Source: Eledone cirrhosa
Lineage: Eukaryota
Reading direction: 5' to 3'
DNA length: 64,000 nt
NCBI GenBank assembly: GCA_964016885.1
Contig: OZ024744.1
Location: 54,436,001 to 54,500,000 of the forward strand
Part shown: positions 42,001 to 52,800 of the stretch, in pieces
How the letters are laid out: each line of letters begins with the position of its first letter
Numbering within the stretch: the stretch's first letter is position 1
Notes under the pieces: model-generated
What the model saw: the letters and a program-made list of their open reading frames with translations, nothing else
What the model was told of the DNA's origin: nothing
The model's database searches: none
Made by a program: the position numbers and the translations under genes

Positions 42001-43895
42001 TACCTACTTACAGCTAGGTGGACTGTTGACAGTTAAGTGTCTTGGTTATAGACACAGTACAGTGAACTATACCACACTGTGGTACCTACTTACAGCTTGG
42101 TGGACTGTTGACAGTTAAGTGTCTTGGTTATAGACACAGTACAGTGAAATATACCACACTGTGGTACCTATTTACAGCTAGGTGCACTGTTGACAGTTAA
42201 GTGTCTTGGTTATAGACACAGTACAGTGAACTATACAACACTATGGTACCAACTTACTGCTAGGTGGACTGTTGACAGTTAAGTGTATTGGTTATAGACA
42301 CAGTACAGTGAACTATACTACACTGTGGTACCTACTTACAGCTAGGTGGACTGTTGACAGTTAAGTGTCTTGGTTATAGACACAGTACAGTGATCTATAC
42401 CACACTGTGGTACCTACTTACATCTAGGTGGACTGTTGACAGTTAAGTGTCTTGGTTATAGAGATAGTACAGTGAACTATACCACACTGTGGTACCTACT
42501 TACAGCTAGGTGGACTGGACTGTTGACAGTTAAGTGTCTTGGTTATAGAGATAGTACAGTGAACTATACCACACTGTTGTACCTACTTACATCTAGGTGG
42601 ATTGTTGACAGTAGAGTATCTTAGTTATTGACACAGTACAGTGAACTATACCACACTGTGGCACCTACTTACAGCTAGGTGGACTGGACTGTTGACAGTT
42701 AAGTCTTAGTTATAGACATAGTACAGTGAACTATATCACACTGTGGTACCTACTTACAGCTAAGTGGACTGTTGACAGTGGAGTATCTTGGTTATAGACA
42801 CAGTACAGTGAACTATACCACACATTGGTACCTAATTACAGCTAGGAGGACTGTTGATATTTAAGTGTCTTGGTTATAGACACAGTAGAGTGTGCTATAC
42901 CACACTATGGTACCTATTTGCAGCTAGGTGAACTGTTGACAGTTAAGTGTCTTGGTTATAGATGCAGTACAGTGAACTATACCACACTGTGGTACCTACT
43001 TACAGCTAGGTGGACTGTTGACAGTTAAGTGTCTTGGTTATAGACACAGTACAGTGAACTATACCATACTGTGGTACCTACATACAGCTAGGTGGACGGT
43101 TGACAGTTAAGTGTCTTGGTTATAGACACAGTACAGTGAACTATACCACACTGTGGTACCTACTTATAGCTAGGTGGACTGTTGACAGTAGAGTATCTTG
43201 GTTATAGACACAGTACAGTGAACTATATCACAGTGTGGTACCTACTTACAGCTAGGTGTACTGTTGACTGTTAAGTATCTTCGTTATAGACACAGTACAG
43301 TGAAATATACCACACTGTGGTACCTACTTAGAGTTGGGTAGACTGTTGACAGTTAAGTGTCTTGGTTATAGACACATTACAGTAAACTATACCACACTGT
43401 GGCACCTACTTACAGCTAGGTGGACTGTTGACAGTGGAGTATCTTAGTTATAGACACAGTACAGTGAACTATACCACTCTGTGGTACCTACTTACAGCTA
43501 GGTGGACTGTTGACAGTTAAGTGTCTTGGTTATAGAGATAGTACAGTGAACTATACCACACTGTGGTACCTAGTTACAGCTAGGTGGACTGGACTGTTGA
43601 CAGTTAAGTGTCTTGTTTATAGACACAGTACAGTGAATTATAACACACTGTGGTACCTACTTACAACTAGGTGGACTGTTGACAGTTAAGTGTCTTGGTT
43701 ATAGACAGAGTACAGTGAACTATACCATACTGTGGTACCTACTTACAGCTAGTTGGACTGTTGACAGTTAAGTGTCTTGGTTATAGTCACAGTACAGTGA
43801 ACTATACCACACTGGGGTACCAACTTACAGCTAGGTGGACTGTTGACAGTTAAGTGTCTTGGTTATAGACACAGTACAGTGAACTATACCACACT
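24040..43895. repeat. Copy A of a ~20 kb tandem segmental duplication within the array
   Basis: The private variant AAGATTGTTGG has ATTG at 24081 and 43937 (offset 19856). ORF-track pairs are identical or near-identical: 24484/44340, 28054/48243, 29684/50293, 31415/52024, 34039/54648, 34293/54902. Confidence 0.95.
37450..43895. repeat. ~2.5 kb block repeated at ~3.9 kb offset (~37.5-40.0 kb vs ~41.4-43.9 kb)
   Basis: TTTCGTTTC 37751/41623 (offset 3872), TGATATTT 38901/42855 (3954), ATAGTCAC 39911/43783 (3872). Confidence 0.85.
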
Positions 43896-46800
43896 GTGGT
43901 ACCTACTTAGAGCTGGGTAGACTGTTGACAGTTAAGATTGTTGGTTATAGACACAGTACAGTGAACTATACCACACTCTGGTGCCTACTTACAACTAGGT
44001 GGACTGTTGATAGTTAAGTGTCTTGGTTATAGACACAGTACAGTGAACTATACTACACCGTGGTACCTACTTACAGCTAGGTGGACTGTTGACAGTTAAG
44101 TGTCTTGGTTATAGACACAGTACAGTGAACTATACCACACTGTGGTACCTACTTACAGCTAGGAGGACTGTTGACAGTTAAGTGTCTTGGCTATAGAGAC
44201 AATAGAGTGAACTATACCACACTGTGGTACCTACTGACAGCTAGGTGGACTGGACTGTTGACAGTGGAGTATCTTGGTTATAGACATAGTACAGTGAACT
44301 ATACCACACTGTGGTACCTACTTACAACTAGGTGAACTGTTGATAGTTAAGTGTCTTGGTTATAGACAGAGTACAGTGAATTATACTACACTGTGGTACC
44401 TACTTACAGCCTGGTGGACTGGACTGTTGACAGTTAAATGTCTTGGTTATAGACACAGCACAGTGAACTATACCACACTGTGGTACCTACTTACAGCTAG
44501 GTGGACTGGACTGTTGACAGATAAGTCTGGTTATAGATACAGTATAGTGAACTATACCACACTGTGGTACCTACTTACAGCTGGGTAGACTGTTGACAGT
44601 TAAGTGTCTTGACTATAGACACAGTACAGTGAACTATACAACACTCTGGTGCCTACTTACAACTAGGTGGACTGTTCACAGTGGAGTGTCTTGGTTATAG
44701 AGACAGTACAGTGAACTATACTACACTGTGGTACCTACTTACAGCTAGGAGGACTGTTGACAGTTACGTGTCTTGGTTATAGACACAGTACAGTGAACTA
44801 TACCACACTGTGGTACCTACTTACAGCTAGGTGGACTGTTGACAGTTAAGTGACTTGGTTATAGACACAGTACAGTGAACTATACCACTCTGTGGTACCT
44901 ACTTACAGCTAGGTGGACTGTTGACACATAAGTGTCTTGGTTATAGACACAGTACAGTGTACTATACCACACACTGGTGTCTACTTACAGCTAGGAGGAC
45001 TGTTGAGAGTTAAGTGTCTTGGTTATAGAGACAATACAGTGAACTATACCACACTGTGGTACCTACTGACAGCTAGGTGGACTGGACTGTTGACAGTCAA
45101 GTCTTGGTTATAGACACAGTACAGTGAACTATACCACACTGTGTTACCTACTTACAGCTAGGTGGACTGTTGACAGTGGAGTATCTTGGTTATAGACACA
45201 GTAGTAACTATACCACACTGTGGTACCTACTTACAGCTAGGTGGATTGTTGACAGTTAATTGTCTTGGTTATAGAGACAATACAGTGAATTATACCACGC
45301 TGTGGTACCTACTTACAGCTAGGTGGATTGGACTGTTGACAGTTAAGTCTCTTGGATATAGACACAGTACAGTGAACTATACCACACTGTGGTACCTACT
45401 TACAGCTAGGTGGACTGGACTGTTGACAGTTAAGTCTGGTTATAGACACAGTATAGTGAACTATACCACACTGTGGTACCTACTTACAGCTAGGTGGACT
45501 GTTGACAGATAAGTGTCTTGGTTATAGACACAGTAGAGTGAACTAAACCACACTGTGGTACCTACTTACAGCTAGGTGGACTGTTGACAATTAAGTGTCT
45601 TGGTTATAGAGATAGTACAGTGAACTATACTACACTGTACTACGTACTTACAGCCTGGTGGGCTGGACTGTTGACAGTTAAGTGTCTTGGTTATAGACAC
45701 AGTACAGTGAACTATACCACACTGTGGTACCTACTTACAGCTAGGTGAACTGTTGACAGTTAAGTGTCTTGGTTATAGACACAGTACAGTGAACTATACC
45801 ACACTGTGGTACCTACTTACAGCTAGGTGAACTGTTGACAGTTAAGTGTCTTGGTTATAGACACAGTACAGTGAACTATACCACACTGTGGTACCTACTT
45901 ACAGCTAGGTGGACTGTTGACAGTTAAGTGTCTTGGTTATAGACACAGTACAGTGAACTATACCACACTGTGTTACCTACTTACAGCTAGGTGGGCTGTT
46001 GACAGTTAAGTGTCTTGGCTATAGACACGGTACAGTGAACTATACCACACTGTGGTATCTACTTACAGCTAGGTGGACTGTTGACAATTAAATGTTGGTT
46101 ATAGACACAGCACAGTGAACTATACGACACTGTGGTACCTACTTACAGCTAGGTGGACTGGACTGTTGACAGTTAAGTCTGGTTATAGACACAGTATAGT
46201 GAACTATACCACAATGTGTTACCTACTTTGAGCTGGGTAGAGTGTTGACAGTTAAGTGTCTTGGCTATAGACACAGTACAGTGAACTATACAACAATCTG
46301 GTGCCTACTTACAACTAGGTGGACTGTTCACAGTGGAGTGTCTTGGTTATAGAGACAGTACTGTGAACTATACTACACTGTGGTACCTACTTACAGCTAG
46401 GAGGACTGTTGACAGTTAAGTGTCTTGGTTATAGGCACAGTACAGTGTACTATACCACACTGTGGTACCTACTTACAGCTAGGTGGACTGTTGACAGTTA
46501 AGTGTCTTGGTTATAGACACAGTACAGTGAACTATACCACACACTGGTGTCTACTTACAGCTAGGAGGACTGTTGAGAGTTAAGTGTCTTGGTTATAGAG
46601 ACAATACAGTGAACTATACCACACTGTGTTACCTACTGACAGCTAGGTGGACTGGACTGTTGACAGTCAAGTCTTGGTTATAGACACAGTACAGTGAACT
46701 ATACCACACTGTGGTACCTACTTACAACTAGGAGGACTGTTGACAGTTAAGTGCCTTGGTTATAGAAACAGCTGAGTGAACTATACCACACTGTGGTACC

Positions 46801-49800
46801 TACTTACAGCTAGGTGGACTGTTGACAGTTAAGTGTCTTCGTTATAGAGACAGTACAGTGAACTATACCACACTGTGGTACCTACTTACAGCTATGTGGA
46901 GTGGACTGTTGACAGTTAAGTGTCTTGGTTATAGACACAGTACAGTGAATTATACCACACTGTGGTACCTACTTGCAGCTAGGTGGACTGTTGATAGTTA
47001 AGTGTCTTGGTTATAGACACAGTACAGTGAACTATACCACACTGTGGTACCTACTTACAGCTAGGTGGACTGTTGACAGTTAAGTGTCTTGGTTATAGAC
47101 ACAGTACAGTGAACTATACCACACTGTGGTACCTATTTACAGCTAGGTGGACTATTGACAGTTAAGTGTCTTAGTTATAGACACAGTACAGTGAACTATA
47201 TCACACTGTGGTACCTACTTACAACTAGGCGGACTGTTGACAGTTAAGTCTTGGTTATAGACACAGTACAGTGAACTATACAACACTGTGGTACCTACTT
47301 ACAGCTAGGTGGACTGTTGACAGATAAGTGTCTTGGTTATAGACACAGTAGAGTGAACTAAACCACACTGTGGTACCTACTTACAGCTAGGTGGACTGTT
47401 GACAATTAAGTGTCTTGGTTATAGAGATAGTACAGTGAACTATACTACACTGTACTACCTACTTACAGCCTGGTGGGCTGGACTGTTGACAGTTAAATGT
47501 TGGTTATAGACACAGCACAGTGAACTATACCACACTGTGGTACCTACTTACAGCTAGGTGGACTGGACTGTTGACAGTTAAGTCTGGTTATAGACACAGT
47601 ATAGTTAACTATACCACAATGTGGTACCTACTTAGAGCTGGGTAGACTGTTGACAGTTAAGTGTCTTGACTATAGACACAGTACAGTGAACTATACAACA
47701 CTCTGGTGCCTACTTACAACTAGGTGGACTGTTCACAGTGGAGTGTCTTGGTTATAGAGACAGTACAGTGAACTATACTACACTGTGGTACCTACTTACA
47801 GCTAGGAGGACTGTTGACAGTTAAGTGTCTTGGTTATAGACACAGTACAGTGAACTATACCACACTGTGGTACCTACTTACAGCTAGGTGGACTGTTGAC
47901 AGTTAAGTGTCTTGGTTATAGACACAGTACAGTGAACTATACCACTCTGTGGTACCTACTTACAGCTAGGTGGACTGTTGACAGATAAGTGTCTTGGTTA
48001 TAGACACAGTACAGTGTACTATACCACACACTGGTGTCTACTTACAGCTATGAGGACTGTTGAGAGTTAAGTGTCTTGGTTATAGAGACAATACAGTGAA
48101 CTATACCACACTGTGGTACCTACTGACAGCTAGGTGGACTGGACTGTTGACGGTCAAGTCTTGGTTATAGACACTGTACAGTGAACTATACCACACTGTG
48201 TTACCTACTTACAGCTAGGTGGACTGTTGACAGTGGAGTATCTTGGTTATAGACACAGTAGTAACTATACCACACTGTGGTACCTACTTACAGCTAGGTG
48301 GATTGTTGACAGTTAAGTGTCTTGGTTATAGACACAGTACAGTGAACTATACCACACTGTGGTACATACTTACAGCCTGGTGGGCTGGACTGTTGACAGT
48401 TAAGTGTCTTGGTTATAGACACAGTACAGTGAACTATACCACACTGTGGTACCTACTTACAGCTAGGTGGACTGTTGACAGTTAAGTGTCTTGGTTATAG
48501 ACACAGTACAGTGAACTATACCACACTGTGGTATCTACTTACAGCTAGGTTGTCTGTTGACAGTTAAATGTTGGTTATAGACACAGCACAGTGAACTATA
48601 CCACACTGTGGTACCTACTTACAGCTAGGTGGACTGTTGACAGTGGAGTATCTTGGTTATAGACACAGTAGTAACCTATACCACACTGTGGTACCTACTT
48701 ACAGCTAGGTGGATTGTTGACAGTTAAGTGTCTTGGTTATAGAGACAATACAGTGAATTATACCACGCTGTGGTACCTACTTACAGCTAGGTGGACTGGA
48801 CTGTTGACAGTTAAGTCTCTTGGATATAGACACAGTACAGTGAACTATACCACACTGTGGTATCTACTTACAGCTAGGTTGTCTGTTGACAGTTAAATGT
48901 TGGTTATAGACACAGCACAGTGAACTATACCACACTGTGGTACCTACTTACAGCTAGGTGGACTGTTGACAGTGGAGTATCTTGGTTATAGACACAGTAG
49001 TAACCTATACCACACTGTGGTACCTACTTACAGCTAGGTGGATTGTTGACAGTTAAGTGTCTTGGTTATAGAGACAATACAGTGAATTATACCACGCTGT
49101 GGTACCTACTTACAGCTAGGTGGGCTGGACTGTTGACAGTTAAGTCTGGTTGTAGACACAGTATAGTGAACTATACCACACTGTGGTACCTACTTACAGC
49201 TAGGTGGACTGTTGACAGATAAGTGTCTTGGTTATAGCCACAGTAGAGTGAACTAAACCACACTGTGGTACCTACTTACAGCTAGGTGGACTGTTGACAA
49301 TTAAGTGTCTTGGTTATAGAGATAGTACAGTGAACTATACTACACTGTACTACCTACTTACAGCCAGGTGGTCTGGACTGTTGACAGTTAAATGTTGGTT
49401 ATAGACACAGCACAGTGAACTATACCACACTGTGGTACCTACTTACAGCTAGGTGGACTGGACTGTTGACAGATAAGTCTGGTTATAGACACAGTATAGT
49501 GAACTATACCACAATGTGGTACCTACTTAGAGCTAGGTGGACTGGACTGTTGACAGTTAAGTCTCTTGGATATAGACACAGTACAGTGAACTATACCACA
49601 CTGTGGTACCTACTTACAGCTAGGTGGACTGGACTGTTGACAGTTAAGTCTCTTGGATATAGACACAGTACAGTGAACTATACCACACTGTGGTACCTAC
49701 TTACAGCTAGGTGAACAGTTGACAGTTAAGTGTCTTGGTTATAGACACAGTACAGTGTTCTATAGCTCATTGTGGTACCTACTTACAGCTAGGTGGACTG

Positions 49801-52800
49801 TTGATAGTTAAGTGTCTTGGTTATAGACACAGTACAGTGAATTATTTCACACTGTGGTACTTACTTACAGCTAGGAGGACTGTTGACAGTTAAGTGTCTT
49901 GGTTATAGACACAGTACAGTGAACTATACCACACTGTGGTACCTACTTACAGCCAGGTGGACTGTTGACAGTTAAGTGTCTTGGTTATAGACACTGTACA
50001 GTGAACTATACCACACTGTGGTACCTACTTACAGCTAGGTGGACTGTTGACAGTTAAGTGTCTTCGTTATAGACACAGTACAATGAACTATACCACACTG
50101 TGATACCTACTTAGAGCTGGGTAGACTGTTGACAGTGAAGTGTCTTGGTTATAGACACAGTAGAGTGAACTATACCACACTGTGGAACCTACTTACAACT
50201 AGGTGGACTGTTGACAGTTAAGTGTCTTGGTTATAGACACAGTACAGTGAACTATACCACACTGTGGTAACTACTTAGAGCTGGGTAGACTGTTGACAGT
50301 TAAGTGTCTTGGTTATAGACACAGTAGCGTGAACTATACCACACTGAGGTACCTACTTACAGCTAGGTGGACTGGACTGTTGACAGTTAAGTCTCTTGGA
50401 TATAGACACAGTACAGTGAAATATACCACACTGTGGTATCTACTTACAGCTAGGTGGACTGGACTGTTGACAGTTAAGTCTGGTTATAGACACAGTATAG
50501 TGAACTATACCACACTGTGGAACCTACTTACAGCTAGGTGGACAGTTGACAGTTAAGTGTCTTAGTTATAGACACAGTACAATGAACTATACCACAATGT
50601 GGTACCTACTTAGAGCTGGGTAGACTGTTGACAGTTAAGTGTCTTGGTTATAGACACAGTACAGTGAACTATACAACACTCTGGTGCCTACTTACAACTA
50701 GGTGGACTGTTCACAGTGGAGTGTCTTGGTTATAGAGACAGTACAGTGAACTATACTACACTGTGGTACCTACTTGCAGCTAGGTGGACTGTTGACAGTT
50801 AAGTGTCTTGGATATAGACACATTACAGTGAACTATACCACATTCTGGTGCCTACTTACAACTAGGAGGACTGTTGACAATTAAGTGTCTTGGATATAAA
50901 CCACAGTAGAGTGAACTATACCACACTGTGGTACCTACTTACAGCTAGGTGGACTGTTGACAGTTAAGTGTCTTCGTTATAGACACAGTACAGTGTACTA
51001 TACCACACTGTGGTACCTACTTACAACTAGGTGGACTGTTGACAGCGGAGTGTCTTGGTTATAGACATAGTACAGTGAACTATACCACACTGTGGTACCT
51101 ACTTACAGCTAGGTGGACTGTTGATAGTTAAGTGTCTTGGTTATAGACACAGTACAGTGAATTATTTCACACTGTGGTACTTACTTACAGCTAGGAGGAC
51201 TGTTGACAGTTAAGTGTCTTGGTTATAGACACAGTACCGTGAACTATTCCACACTGTGGTACCTACTTACAGCCAGGTGGACTGTTGACAGTTAAGTGTC
51301 TTGGTTATAGACACTGTACAGTGAACTATACCATACTGTGGTACCAGCTTACAGCTAGGTCGACTGTTGAGAGTTAAGTGTCTTGGTTATAGACACAGTA
51401 CAGTGAACTATACCACACTGTGGTACCTACTTACAGCTAGGTGGACTGTTGACAGTTAAGTGTCTTCGTTATAGACACGGTACAGTGAACTATACCACAC
51501 CGTGGTACCTACTTACAGCTAGGTGGAATGTTGACAGTTAAGTGCCTTGGTTATAGAGACAATACAGTGAACTATACCACACTGTGGTACCTACTTACAG
51601 CTAGGTGAACAGTTGACAGTTAAGTGTCTTGGTTATAGACACAGTACAGTGTTCTATAGCTCATTGTGGTACCTACTTACAGCTAGGTGGACTGTTGACA
51701 GTTAAGTGTCTTGGTTATAAAGACAGTAGAGTGAACTAAACCACACTGTGGTACCTACTTACAGCTAGGTGGACTGTTGACAATTAAGTGTCTTGGTCAT
51801 AGTGATAGTACAGTGAACTATACTACACTGTACCTACTTACAGCCAGGTGGGCTGGACTGTTGACAGTTAAATGTTGGTTATAGACACAGCACAGTGAAC
51901 TATACCACACTGTGGTACCTACTCACAGCTAGGTGGACTGGACTGTTGACAGTAAGTCTGGTTATAGACACAGTATAGTGAACTATACCACACTGTGGTA
52001 CCTACTTACAGCTAGGTGGACAGTTGACAGTTAAGTGTCTTAGTTATAGACACAGTACAATGAACTATACCACAATGTTGTACCTACTTAGTGCTGGCAG
52101 ACTGTTGACAGTTAAGTGTCTTGGTTATAGACACACTACAGTGAACTATACAACACTCTGGTGCCTACTTACAACTAGGTGGACTGTTCACAGTGGAGTG
52201 TCTTGGTTATAGAGACAGTACAATGAACTATACTACACCGTGGTACCTACTTACAGGCTAGGTGGACTGTTGACAGTTAAGTGTCTTGGATATAGACACA
52301 GTACAGTGAACTATACCACACTCTGGTGCCTACTTACAGCTAGGAGGACTGTTGACAGATAAGTGTCTTGGTTATAGAGACAATACGGTGAAATATACCA
52401 CACTGTGGTACCTACTGACAACTAGGTGGACTGGGCTGTTGACAGTTAAGTCTTGGTTATAGACACAGTACAGTGAACTATTCCACACTGTGGTACCTAC
52501 TTACAACTAGGAGGACTGTTGACAATTAAGTGTCTTGGTTATAAACCACAGTAGGGTGAACTATACCACACTGTGGTACCTACTTACAGCTAGGAGGACT
52601 GTTGATAGTTAAGTGTCTTGGTTATAGACACAGTACAGTGAACTATACCACACTGTGGTACCTACTTACAGCTAGGTGGACTGTTGACAGTTAAGTGTCT
52701 TGGTTATAGACACAGTACAGTGAACTATACCATACTGTGGTACCAACTTACAGCTAGGTCGACTGTTGAGAGTTAAGTGTCTTGGTTATAGACACAGTAC

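Noticed and set aside
42003-42038. Splice signals or micro-exon array (TACTTACAG acceptor-like, CAGTTAAGT donor-like, minus-strand GTAAGT)
   Set aside because: Short motifs expected by chance, no polypyrimidine tract and no transcript evidence.
41968-42042. Functional tRNA-Val(TAC) gene array
   Set aside because: 8-nt anticodon loop, no B-box/TPsiC consensus, misplaced acceptor stem and no spacers between units. Kept only as a structural resemblance under findings.
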